From Lama glama (Eukaryota), in NCBI GenBank assembly GCA_028534125.1, contig CM052816.1, positions 5,148,001-5,212,000 of the forward strand: a stretch of DNA of 64,000 bases, written 5' to 3'. Below the pieces are notes generated by a model. It saw only the letters and a program-made list of their open reading frames with translations. It ran no database searches and had not been told where the DNA came from. The stretch's first letter is position 1, and each line of letters starts with the position of its first letter. A program made the translations under genes and the position numbers. Of this stretch, positions 23,601 through 35,729 are shown piece by piece.

Positions 23601-25214
23601 CTACCCCTCAGGCATCTCATTTACAAACAAGGAAACTAAGGCCCAGAGAAGCAGGGCATCTGGCTCAACGCCACACAACAAAGCAATGGCAGAGGAGGAA
23701 TTAGGACTAAGCATCCTGAGGCCCAGGATTTGAGGCTCCACAGTGCCCCCTTCAGGCAACCTGAGACCACATGGCCACTTGATTCCTGGGCTGTGGGAAG
23801 GGTGCCCAGGCAGCTAGAGTTTGCACTCCTCTGCACACAACCAGAGGGCGGGGAAGCCAAGGAGACAGCCCATAGACTGCCTGCACCTTCGCCCCGGAGC
23901 ACAGCCTCCACCCTCTAAATCCTGTCATTAAAGGCAAATGTAATCCATATGGTTCTGATTCATTTACACTTAAATCTTCAAAATACTGGGTTCTAAGAGC
24001 TGTTACTTACAAAGCCTTCAGAACCTGTCAAAATTAAGATTCAACTCTTCCACTCCCCTTCCCCCATGTGGACTGGAGCTCACACCAGCATCTGGCTGGG
24101 CTGAAAAGAAACTCACACGTTCAGACTCGGAAACTTGTATGTGGATACAGGAGACAGTTTTCAGGACATTCAGAGCAGCATTGTGTGCAATCCCCAAAGT
24201 TGAAAACAATGTACATATCGATAATAAGAGATGGATGAATAAATTGTGGCAAATTCATACAATGTGATCAGAGGAACCTCACAAACATATTATTGAGGGA
24301 AAACAAAACAAGTTGCAGATGAATCCATAATATGATACCAATTATGCAAAACTTAAAAACACTGCAAATCATTATATGCAAATATATAAGCTACCTTGGA
24401 AAAATTTCTCTTTTAGCCTGGTAGTATGTACATGGATGCTTGTCCTATCATGCATACATTTTTGTATAATTTTGAAAAGCTATGTAATAAAAATTTCAAA
24501 AAACCCTAGACTTAGCATGTCAAAGAAAGTTATATGTTGAGTTCAATTCCCTTATTTCTCAGAGGGGGAGAAGGAAATCCTTTAGTATTTGTTAATTACA
24601 TAACATTTACTGAATACTTACTTGCCAAGCACGCCTTTTTTTCATTTAAATTCCACACCACTGCATTGGAGGATATGCTATTACCATTTTCATTTCACAG
24701 ATAAGGCACGGGAGATTCAGAAACTTCCACAACATCATGCAGCTTGCAAACCACACGGTTGGAATACAAGTCACAGACTTGAGGCTCCCAAGCTCACACA
24801 ACAGCTCATGTGTTGCTGACACCAGCACCGTTGTTTGGACTTCCCCCACAATTCTCTGAGTTAGGTTTTATTATCACCAGTTTTATAGATGAGGAAACTG
24901 AGGCCCTGAGTGGTCAAGTGATTTGCTAATGGGTGCTCAGGGAGTTATTCCACAGAGACCAGGACTCCTTCTATACCAGGCCTTGTCTGGAAGATCTGGG
25001 GTGGGGGAGTACAACCATGTTTACTCTTACCTTCCACTGTTTTGAAGCTCTAGGCTGTTTGGTTACTTCCAAGGGCCTCATTCAAAGCCCTCAATGTCAC
25101 CTTGGCCAGGTTTGGGGCACAGAGTTGTATAGAAGGGGAGGACCCGGTGAACCTTGAAGGTCTTGCAGCCAAAGGAGCCATCCTCAACTCCACTTTTCAT
25201 TCAGGACAGCATCT

Positions 25215-25720
25215 AACCTATCAGTCCAGGTGCCTGCAGGAAACAAGTGGCACATTCAAACTGGGTGATGGGAGGAGAGTTTAATAAAAGGACTATCCAC
25301 AAATTTATGAGCAGAGCTTAGAAAAAGCAACCAATTAACAGTGTAGGACTCTGGGGCTGGCAAGGGCAGGGATCTGTCACCACCCAGGTCTGATGGGTGG
25401 AGGGAGGAGCCACTACCCACCCCAGAGGGGCAGCTAGTGCTGAGTGGGCTGCCTGATGAGAGCTGTGCCCTTGGTGGAGGGCTCAGCCAAACCTGCAAGA
25501 AGGAGGTCGAGGAAATATACCCCACTCTCACACTCCTCCTTCCCTCAGATCCCTTGCCAGGATTCCTTTTGACCAGACTTCTTTTGGTGCAACCCAACAG
25601 GAAACTGGGTAAAGAAGACTCTTGATGGAGGTCATACAGCTCAGCCTCTTGGGGCACAGAGCAGGGTGGGGAGAGCCAGAGACTGAATCCAGAGGGGCAG
25701 GCGGAAGATACCCACCTCAA
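25215..25720 (-). mobile_element. ERVL solo LTR (LTR33-like)
   Basis: tcagcctcttggggcacagagcagggtgg..atccagaggggca and aatataccccactctcacactcctcc; similar to the opposite-strand copy at 42805-43180. Confidence 0.75.
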
Positions 25721-25749
25721 GGCACAGAATACACTGGCTTTCCTTCAGA

Positions 25750-26295
25750 GGCTTTCCTTCAGATGTACTCAGGCTCTGACCATTTCTTACCACCTCCATG
25801 GCTAGCATCATCCCCCCATCACCCGAGACCTCATCTCCCTGTGTTTCTCCAGTACTCACTCTGCTCCAGCCACACTGACCTCCTTTCTCTTCTTTGATAT
25901 ACCAGGGAAGTTCCTGCTTTAGGGCCTTTGTTGATCCCTCTGCCTGGACTGTTCTTCCCCCCTCCATCCTTCACCTCCGTCAGGTCTGCTTAAGTGTCTC
26001 TTGCTCCGTGAGACCTACTCTGACCCTCTTTTGTAAAACTGCCAACTGTCTCCCCATCTCTCGCCCACTACTCCTGATCCCCATAACCACACTCTAGTTT
26101 TCTTTCCCCCATATTACTTGTCATCTTTCAACACACCATGTAATTCACTTATTTGTTGTATATTTATGACCTGCGTCTCCCCACTAGAATGCAAGCGCTG
26201 TGAGCAGAAGGCTCTGTTTTGTTCATCAGTGTACCTCCAGGACTTGGAGTTTTAATAGGTATCCAACACACAGTGGTCGAATGTTGTCTAATGAC
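25750..26295 (+). mobile_element. L2 LINE 3' region
   Basis: ctgctccagccacactgacctcc..agggcctttg..ccactagaatgcaagcgctgtgag. Confidence 0.85.
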
Positions 26296-26783
26296 TGAAA
26301 TGGGGTTGCAGAAAGATTAGGCTTGGAATTTTCCAATTAGAAAAGGGTAGAGGATGGGTTGAGACAGTGAGAAGATTAATAGGTCCTACATGAGGAGATG
26401 GGGGAAAAAGTCAACAAGGAATTATTCATTATCTACTGTATTTCTGTTCAAAGTTTGATCTTAGCAACAGATGTCAAAGGCCTGGACATTCTGTGTGCCC
26501 TTTGACCTAGCAATTCCACTTTCAAGAGTTTGTACAAGGAAACAGTCATCTTTCATAGTCACTATGAAATTCTTAGTAGTATTGTTCACAATAATGAAAA
26601 ATTGGAACCAAAGTAGCCATCTGACAATTGTGGAATGCTTAACTACGGTACAGCCATAGGTGGAACAGTATGCAAACCTAAGTGCATTAATCAATTTGAA
26701 AATATATTTATGATAGTCACTTGGTGAAAAAAGCACATGATAAAAGAGCATTACACTGTAATTTTGTCTATTATTGAAACATA

Positions 26784-26999
26784 CAGTTCTCCCTTAAATA
26801 ACACAGGTTTGAGCTGCGCAGGTCCACTTAGATGCAGAGTTCTTTTGCTAAATTCATACTACAGTACTACACAGTCGTGGTTGGTTGTATCCTCGGATGT
26901 GGAACCGTGGGTACTGGAGGGCTAACTGTGAAGTTATATGTGGATTTTTGACTGCATGGAGGTCAGCACCCCTAACCCCTGCATTCCAAGGGCCAACTG
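26784..26999. mobile_element. MER8 (TcMar-Tigger MITE)
   Basis: TA-cagtt..caactg termini; aacacaggtttgagctgcgcaggtccactta..cccctaacccc. Confidence 0.85.
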
Positions 27000-27279
27000 T
27001 GTATGCATTTTTCAAAGTCTAGAAAGCTAGAACCCCCGACATTAATGGCACTTATCTTTGGATGGGCACTATACAGGTATTTTCTTTCTTTTGCTCTATT
27101 TCCTAGATTTGCTTTGAGGAAATTAAGTTAATTATTTAAAAAGCTAAGCTTATATTTTTTAAACAGCAGTTTTTTATGAACTCTTGGACAAATAACTTGA
27201 CTTCTCTGGGCCACAGTTTCCTCATTTTTGAAATGGGGACAAAAGCAGTTTCAAGTTCTTCCTATTTGACAAGAGCTGC

Positions 27280-27507
27280 TTTTAGATATATATGGGAGGA
27301 ATTGGCCAAAACTATAAGAGAAGAAAAAGAATTAAGAGATGTAAGGGCCGAGAGGGATAAATCTAGCACTATTTGCAGTGACTATGTTTATTCACTTAGA
27401 AAAATTAAGCTCAACCTACAAAAATCAATAACCAGCTGGAAAATATTTAAAAATACAGTACCATTCATCAATGATAACAAAAACTATAAAGTCTCTGGGA
27501 AGTAGTT
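27280..27507 (+). mobile_element. Very old L1 ORF2 fragment
   Basis: Peptide WEELAKTIREEKELRDV resembles L1 ORF2 LEVLARAIRQEKEIKGI. Confidence 0.7.
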
Positions 27508-27521
27508 AAGAACAAAGCCAA

Positions 27522-27558
27522 TACTGAAATAAAGCTAGAAAAATATTCAGAAAAAAAA
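27522..27558 (+). other. 29-nt retrotransposed 3' end plus poly(A)
   Basis: Perfect 14-bp TSD AAGAACAAAGCCAA (27508-27521, 27559-27572); AATAAA 27528-27533 lies 17 nt before the A tract. Confidence 0.7.
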
Positions 27559-27584
27559 AAGAACAAAGCCAAGATACCCCGCTT

Positions 27585-28058
27585 TGTAACCGAGCAGGAC
27601 CCTATGGGGCCTTCCAGGGACAGACCCCTCCCTCATATCCTCTGCTTTAGCTTCTCTCTGAAGCGCCCAGATAACAGTATCTGATGCACATTTCCTGAAT
27701 TGTTTTACAGATGCTCAAGCCACCACCAAATGGAAGAAATCAACTACTTGACAACCGTAAGCACATAGCCCCATATCTACTAGTGCTTAGGATTGAAAAT
27801 ATTAACCCCTGTGACACCACCTTGTTACCCAACCATCGACCAACCAATCAGAGAATTGGGCTCGAGCTAATCACATACCATGGGATTCCACTCCCTCACC
27901 TGGCCTTTAAAAATGCTTTCCTGAAACCCATCTGGGAGTTCAGATGTTCTGAGCACCTGGACTCATTGCGTGGTGCCCTGCAACAAACACTGCACTTTCC
28001 TTCACCACCACCCGGTGTTAGTAGATTGGCGAGCGGACCTAACTTTGGTTTGGTAACA
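27585..28058 (+). mobile_element. ERV1-class solo LTR inserted in L1 ORF2
   Basis: TGTAAC..GGTAACA termini; imperfect TSD ctt / cttt; CCAAT 27844-27848; TTTAAAAA 27906-27913; L1 sequence rejoins across it. Confidence 0.85.
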
Positions 28059-28395
28059 CTTTCACCATTTCTATTCAACATTAAATTACTTTAGCTATTG
28101 CACTAAGAAAAGAAAAATTAATAAAGGCATACCTCTTGGAAAAGAAGTAAAACTTTTTTCACAGATGATATGATTATGTGTGGGAAAAACATAAGAAATC
28201 TACAACAGAAACTATTAAACTCAAAACACAAGGTCAATATTAAATAAATGTTCACTGCGTATTAGCACAATTAAAAAATTAAGTAAACAAGAGCCATTTA
28301 TAATAGCTATAAAGCCCATAAAATCCTTATAAATGAATGTATCAAAAGATATGTAAGACTTCTATACTAAAAGTTACAAAACAGTGATAAAAGAA

Positions 28396-28541
28396 GTCTT
28401 TGTTATTTTTTGGGGTGGGGGGAGGTAATTAGGTTTATTTATTCATTTGTTTCTTTTTTTTTTTTTTTAATGGAAGTACTGGGGATTGAACCCAGGACCT
28501 TGTGCTAAGCATGCACTCTACCACTGAGCTATACCCTCCCC
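28396..28541 (-). mobile_element. tRNA-Ala-derived SINE (vic-1-like)
   Basis: Reverse-strand head and body; TSD acaaaa(c/t)agtgataaaagaa. Confidence 0.93.
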
Positions 28542-29124
28542 GACAAAATAGTGATAAAAGAAACCAAAAAAAAAAAAAAAAAAAAACCTAAAAAAAGGTA
28601 GAGCTATATACCATGTTCATAGATTGGAGAACTCAGTACTGTTGAGGTTATTAATTCTTTCCAAACTCATGTATAGATTCAACATAATCTCAATCAAAGT
28701 TACAGCAGGATTTTTTGTCGCACAAATTAAGTCTAAAATTTATATGGAAATGTAAACAACCTTGAATATTTAAATCAATCTTGAAAAAGAAGAGTAAAGT
28801 TCAAGGACTTATCCTACTTGATTTCAAGACTTACTATAAAGCCACAATAATCAACACAATGTGGTAATGGCCTGAGAATAGATATGCAGATCAATGAAAA
28901 CAGAACAGTACTCAGAAATATATATATGGCCAACTGATTTCCAACAAAAGTTCCAAAGTAATTCAATGGGGGAAGAAAAGACTTTTCAACAGATTGTGCT
29001 GGAACAACTAGCTATCTGTGAGGGAAGCAAATGAATCTCAATCCTTCCCTCATACTCTACCCCAAAATCAATTCCAGATGAATCGAAGAACTACTTGCAA
29101 AAGCTAAAATTATAAAGCCTCTAG

Positions 29125-29334
29125 GGATTTGCAAATGTTAGCCACTATATATATAAAAATAGATAAAAACCCCAAATATTTTCTGTATGGCACAGGGAAC
29201 TATATTCAATATCTTGTAATAACCTTTAATGAAAAAGAATATGAAACAAATATATGTATGCATATGCATGACTGGGACATTGTGCTGTGCACCAGAAACT
29301 GACACATTGTAACTGACTGTACTTCAAAAAAAAA
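29125..29334 (+). mobile_element. L1 3'-end stub (camelid type)
   Basis: tgtatggcacagggaactatattcaatatc..gactgtacttcaaaaaaaa. Confidence 0.9.
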
Positions 29335-29359
29335 CTCTTGGAGAGATCTCAATAGGCAA

Positions 29360-31829
29360 GATGTGTAAGAGACTAAGAAGACAAGCCACAGACTAGGGGA
29401 AAATATTTGCAAAAGGGATATCTGGTAAGGAACTATTCTCCACTCTGTTTCTCCAGCCCTAAGAAGAATGGCTAGGATATATTAAAACGTTTCTTGCGGC
29501 TCAGAGCATAATCCAGCAGTGGTTGACGTGGAAACCAAGTCACAGAGAAATTGAGACTTAAAGATCACACACCTCATGTGTAGTGGAGCCAGACTGTGGA
29601 CCCTGTGTGACTTCAGAGCTGATGACCAGATGACCCGTTCATCAAACCATGCTGGGGGTGATTTCTCAATTACCACTCTATCTTTGCCCCCATTTATTTG
29701 ATACTTCAGAGAAAACAGTACAGAGATGGCTTTCTCCAACCAGACTTATCTGAACCAGACAACCTACTCCTTCCAGGGCAGGAAAGGATACCCAGGACAC
29801 AGACCTCTTCCCCACAGAGGAGAAAGTACATTCCTGCATACTGCTGCCCTGTCATGGAGCCCAGGAGTTGCCAAGAACAAACCAACCAGCTGATTCCTCT
29901 GGGCCTGGAGTGTCTCAAAATCTTCTGTCCTGCTTGCTCTGCCACATATTAACTACAGATCTGGGGCAGATTGCAGGGCCCTCAATGGCAATGCCAAAAG
30001 TGGACGTGAAGCTGAGGCAGAGTTTTCAAACAAGTAGATACAGGTAACGTTCCATGAACTGGAAAAGAAGGGGACCCCGTGGAGGTGGCTGATGGGCAGC
30101 CGCTCAGCGAGCTCACAGAAGACCTACAGAAGCACTTGCCCCCCTACGCCCCAGAGCCTCTCAAGACCTCTGGCCTTTGCCTGTCTCCTACACTGAGCCA
30201 AGGGAAAGAATCTGAAGCTGGGAGGAGGAAAGATCCTTCTGATGTTCTAGTGGGGCAAGGGGATTGAGTTCGCTACAGCAGTGGGAGGTTCATGACTTTT
30301 TCAGTGACCAGAACGTCTCCACTCCAGGTGGAGGAAGTTGCTGTGGGTATGCAAGGCTTTAGCAAACTATTAAAGTGCCTGTTTGTGCCTTTTTCCTTGT
30401 CTCCATCACAGTCTAGGAACCAGTACCTTGAAGCCCTGTCCTTGATTAATTAGTAATGTTTTCTGTCCTATAGTGATCTCCTAGGATGGAGGTGGTCAGA
30501 GGGAAGAGAGGGTCAGAGTACTGCTCTTGATTATGAAAACCTACCTATATCCATTTTGTGTATCCATGTACAGTTTAAGTCGTCTAAATTGCTCTGTTAA
30601 TTTCCACACTGTACTTTTGTAGAAAATAATTTTCTAGGAGGCACATAACGTTTTCCTTAAAGAACTACCTAATTCATGTACATAAAATATATCATATGTG
30701 CACTTACAGGTGTATATGTCATACTTAAAAATACATCATTCTGAAGTTTTGAGGAAAAGAATGACTATTATCCAAAATGTGCAAAGAACTCTTAAAACTC
30801 AACAATAAGGAAGTGAACAACCTGATCAAAGAATGGGCCACAGACCGGAACAGACACTTCACTAAAGAAGACATACAGATGGCAAATAAGCAAATGAAAA
30901 AATGCTCACCATCACATGTCAGTAGGGAATTGGACACTAAAGTAACAATGAGATACCACTCCACATCTGTTAGAACAGCCAAATTCTGAAACACTGACAA
31001 CATCAAATGCTGGCAAGGTTGTGAAGCCACAGGAAATCTCATGCATTGCTGGTGGGAATGCAAAATGGTACAACCACTTTGGAAGACAGTTTGGCAGTTT
31101 CCTATAAAACTAAACACGCTCTTAGCATATGACCCAACAATTGTTCTCCTTGGTATTTACTCAAGCAAGCCAAAAACTTATGTCCTCACACAAACCTGCA
31201 CATGGGTGTTTATAGCAGCTTTATCCATAACGGCCAAAACTTGGAAGCAGATAAAACGTCCTTCAGTAGGCGAATGGATAAATAAACGGTGGTACACCCA
31301 GACAATGGAATTAGTGCTGAAAAGAAATGAGCTATCAAGCCATGAAAAGACATGGAAGAAACCTAAATGCATATTACTCAGTGAAAGAAGCAAGTCTGGA
31401 AAGGCTACATACTGTGTGACTCCAACTGCATGACATTCTAGAAAAGGCAAAACTATGGAAACTGTAAAAAGCTCAGTGATTGTCAGGGGCTGGGGGAAGG
31501 AGGGATGAATACGCAGAGTACAGAGGATTTTTAGGGTGGTGAAACTATTCTGTATGAAACTACAGTGGTGAGTGTACGTCATTGTACATTTGTCTAAATC
31601 AATAGAATATACAACCATCAGAGTAAAAGCCCTAATGTAAACTAGGTGATGGTCATTCATGTGTCACTGCAGGTGCACCAATGGTAACAAATGTACTTTT
31701 CTGGTAGGAGAGGTTGACAGTGGGGAGGCGGTGCCTGTGTGAGGGGCCGGGGTACAGGGGAACTCTCTGTACTTTTCTGCTCAACTTTGCTGTGAGCCTA
31801 AAACTGCTCTTTAAAAATAGTCTACTAAA
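29360..31829 (+). mobile_element. L1MC (L1MC1-like) 3' part split by a 1.3-kb insert
   Basis: agacaagccacagactagggg..atctggtaaggaactatt rejoins gactattatccaaaat at about 30762; peptide HCWWECKMVQPLWKTVWQF; 3' end gctgtgagcctaaaactgctc. Confidence 0.85.
29442..30759 (+). pseudogene. Putative 5'-truncated retrocopy of an mRNA/lncRNA 3' end (parent not identified)
   Basis: Unique sequence between imperfect TSDs; six TGTA, a TGTACATA and AATACA precede a short A-rich tail. Confidence 0.6.
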
Positions 31830-33344
31830 AATCAATAAATTAGACTTCCTCAAAAATATAAAATTCTGCTCATCAAAAGACACCATTAATAAATGAAAAG
31901 ATGAGCCACAGATGGGAGAAAATATTTTCAATATATAAATCTGACAAAGGACTTGCATCCAGAGCATATATATAGAACACCTACAACTCAACAATAAAAA
32001 GACCATCCAATTTAAAACAGACAGGGCAAAAAACTTGAACAGACACTGCAAAAGAGATATACAAACGGCCAAGAAGCACGTGAAAAAGTGTTCAACATCA
32101 TTAGACATAAGGGAAAAGTAAATTAAAGCTAACACGAGATACTACCTACTAGAATGGCTAGAGTTAAAAACAGACAATATCAAGTGTTGGTGAGGATGTG
32201 CAGTTCTCTTAAGTTTTCTGGTTAGAGTGTAAAATGGCAAAACCACTTTGGAAAACTTTGGTAGTTTCTCTTGAAGGTAAAATACACCCACTCTATGACC
32301 TAGCAGTTCTATTTCTAGGAATGAAATATGTATATATTTGTATGTAAATACAAACTTATAAATTCATATGTATTTCTACGTATACACATAGGTACATAAA
32401 TACATATATACATACATACAAAAGACTCATACATGAATGTTTTTAGTAGTTTTATTTATAATAGCCAAAAGCTGGAAACATCTCTCATGTCTATGACTAG
32501 GTGAATGGATAGACCATTTCTTAACAATGTTATACTATTCAGCAATAAAAAAGAACACATTATTGATACATGCACTGACATAAACAAATCTAAAAAACAT
32601 TGAGTGAGAGAAGCCAGCCATAAAAGTACATGTGTGATTCTATTTATATGAAGTTCTGAAATAGGAGACGTTAACCTCTGGTGAGGAACATTAAAACAGT
32701 ATCTGCCTTTTGCGGGGACTGGTGGCCAGTGGCCAGAGGGGACTTTCTAGGGTGATGAAATGTTTTATACCTTTATTGTGATCCTGTTACATGAGGGCAC
32801 ACTCTTGTTCAGACTCACTCAACTATGCATTTGAACTCTGAGCATTTTTTGTGTGTACATTATAATGCAATGAAACTTAAGTAAAGCTAAAAAGCACTCA
32901 ACATAAGGAAAAAGGATCTAAATACTCCAGAATTAAAGATTTTAAAATGGAGAATAATATAGATGTGCTAAAGAGAGGACAGATTGGAGGAAGATAATTT
33001 GCGCTGTCAAAACCTAGCAAGTAGAAAAAGGAACGCTTGACAATTGACAAGAAAGTGGCCCTTCATAGAAAATTGGCCCAGGGTATGAGTTAGCAATTTA
33101 CAGTTCTTAGTCATTAGCAATTCATCTATATTATCTGGCCATTCTATCCCTTGCTATAGACCCTAATGAAGTTTTCACACAGGTCCATAAAAGACATGTT
33201 CCACTATGTTCAAGTTAGCATTGTTCATGGGGCAGAGTTGAAGGCAATCTGGGGTCCATCAGTTTGATGGTGAGTTATATTAACTTTACCTTCTGGACCT
33301 AAAGTCTCACAAATATGCATGTGCACACACACACACACACACAC

Positions 33345-33560
33345 ACGTTGATTGAGGACATACTATATTCTAGTTACTGTGTGTGTTACATAAATTAACT
33401 CATTTAGCCTTCATAATAAGGAAGAACTATTGTCATCACTACCCATTTTATGGATGGGGAAACCAAGGCACAGAGAAGTTAGGTAAGGTTCTGAAGGTCA
33501 CACAGCTTGTCACTTGCAGAACCAAGATTCCAACCAAACAAGCCTAAAGCCCACACTGCC
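33345..33560 (-). mobile_element. MIR SINE
   Basis: cccattttatggatggggaaaccaaggcacagagaagttaggtaa..aaggtcacacagct. Confidence 0.8.
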
Positions 33561-33699
33561 AAATGCTCGCTCTGCCTCTCAACGCTTCCTCTGTGTGATT
33601 GCAGAAGAAGACACTCGGCATTTGAAGCTTAAGGCCCAGGGCTGTCCACCAACTCACACAAAAACCCCTGTAAAAAAGGTTAACCCAGATCAAGCAGGG

Positions 33700-34130
33700 T
33701 CTGTGCCTTCAGCCCAAATAAACACCCCACCAGCCTTTCCTCAAATTCAGCCGTCGCAGGGAGGGAGCCAGGTGGGAGCCCATGTGGTTTTGATAGAAGA
33801 TCCATTCAAGCGGAGCTTTAAATATTATAGTGGCACTGTTTGCGCGGTTAAATTTAAGGATCTGTCAGTTTATGATGAATTTTTATTTTTAAGGGTTTCA
33901 AGTAAGCTGTAAACATTCACTCCAGACTGAAATTCCCCTCATTTAACACCTGGGAAGGGGCAAGGCGGGAGAGCTGGGGTGGGAGGGTGGGGGAGTGGCT
34001 GGGAGGTGAGCGGGGAAGTGGTGAGGAGAGGCTGGGCACTGGCGCGGTGACCGGTGACGGGGGAGACCCTCCCCACCAATACTTCCGGGGGGGGGGGTGC
34101 GAGGGGCTGCGCGCCCCACAATGAGAGAGG
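33700..34130. promoter_or_regulatory. Candidate promoter/enhancer with G-quadruplex motif
   Basis: TGTAAACA, GAAATTCCCC, GGGGTGGGAGGGTGGGGG (33976-33993), CCAAT next to ACTTCCGG (34076-34088), local CpG cluster. Confidence 0.45.
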
Positions 34131-34544
34131 CTGGCTGCCACCCCAAAGGAAGCAGGGCCACTCTCTTTGCAACCCAATTTAGCTTTCCTTTCTGCCTTCC
34201 CAGCAAAGGGGGACTGTAATGAGCATTTGAAGAACAACAATCCTTTGGGAGCTCTGGGCAATCTGCCGCTGGAGGAAGGAAGGAAGTCGGCACAGTTTGC
34301 ATGCTATGGACCTAATTTTTTAAAATGCATATATGTAGAAAATTTTACAGAAAATCTTTGTTTTGCATTTTTGGATTTTTAAAAAGTGTTGTTGAATAGT
34401 AAATATTCATGGCTTTTGTAATCACCAAAAAGTTGTCGCTCAGCAAAAAACAAACTACAGTGAACCACGTGCTACCAGGGATTGTGACCCTCTTCTGTGT
34501 TTCCCCCCATGCCAGGCCCCAGGCACCCCCTCTTGGCCTGCTAT

Positions 34545-34680
34545 CCTATTTAATCTTCATCCGACCCTCTGCGGAGGTTACTATTTTTAATCCCCATTTT
34601 ATAAACAAGGAAACTGAAGTTTAGGGAGGTGAAGTAACTTGCCCAGTGTTACACAGCTAGGAATTGGTGTTGCTGAATCA
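34545..34680 (-). mobile_element. MIR SINE
   Basis: ccccattttataaacaaggaaactgaag..gtgaagtaacttgcccag. Confidence 0.8.
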
Positions 34681-35601
34681 TAGGGAAATCTTGTTGAAGA
34701 CATTTTAAAACAGCAATTCAGCTCCACGCATGAGGGAGCATCTCATTCTCATCATTAGAGGCATTTAGGGGATCCTCTGCAAGCGATGGGAAAGCAAACC
34801 TGGGGCCCTTGTTCTCCTCCCGAGTGCTGCAGCCCACGGAGGAACCCTCTCTCCCCGTTGCTGTCCATGCCCCGCTTCCTCTCCCGCGGTTCCATCTGCC
34901 CAGAAACTGTTTGGCCTCCTCCTTCTCTCAGAGACAGACGAGGGAGGCTAAATGACACAGGAAAGAGTCGCTTCATGTGAGTCCTCTGACAGTGGGGGCC
35001 AAAATTTCACACCAAAGTGTGTGTGCCTGTGGGGCAGAGGTGATTGGGACTCTACCTTGGAAAATGAAACAAGACACTGCAGAAATACGGTTAATCGGAT
35101 TCTTAGTAATTGCGACTATGTGCTAACTCTTAGCGTGAACCAAGAAATCAAGGGCTGCTTGTTTCCTGTTTGGCGGCACATATTTTCCTAATCAAATCAT
35201 AGGAGACAATACCTTTCACTTTGCTTCATCTCAGCATGGTTTACCAAGAAAATCATTACAGCGGAAATAGTCAAGGGTTTTATCAGAGGGTTTCTGGTAA
35301 TCTTTTAATAGTCAAACTGTTCTCTGTTGAAACCCCCTTTGGCCATTTCCTCTTTTACCATGTTAACTGGCTTAACTCTGCTGTGTCTGTTTGTCCACAA
35401 CATTGCAAGGATTTGAGCAGTTTATGACCATTATTTTCACTGATTTTGTGAAATACATGTATATCCATATATATATATTTACAATATTTGCAGTTTCACT
35501 CAGTGATCAATTTTGTGTCTTTATAATGATCAGGAAGAAACAGTTGATGCAATGGGCAGAGACAGAAATCTGTATTAAAGAGGGATGTTGGGAAAGGTGA
35601 C

Positions 35602-35729
35602 TTTTATTTTATTTTCTTATTTGGGGGGTGGTAATTAGGTTTGTTTGTTTAATAGAGGTACTGGAGATTGAACCCAGGATCTCATGCATGTTAAACACAC
35701 ACTGTACCACTGAGCTATACCCTCTCCCC
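35602..35729 (-). mobile_element. tRNA-Ala-derived SINE (vic-1-like)
   Basis: ggtaattaggttt..gattgaacccaggatctcatgcatg..gagctataccctc. Confidence 0.9.

Larger units (their letters stand above)
27573..32880 (+). mobile_element. Old L1 (L1ME/MD-like) hosting several later insertions
   Basis: ORF2-derived sequence at 27573-27584 and 28059-29124, resuming at about 31830 through a 3' UTR ending near 32880. Confidence 0.75.

Noticed and set aside
198..28058. The two ERV1 LTRs as ends of one provirus
   Set aside because: Their sequences differ, each has its own flanking duplication, and no gag/pol/env lies between them
29698..30267. 84-aa and 62-aa ORFs inside the 1.3-kb insert as parent-gene coding sequence
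   Set aside because: Short, non-ATG starts and no recognisable protein; the insert looks like UTR
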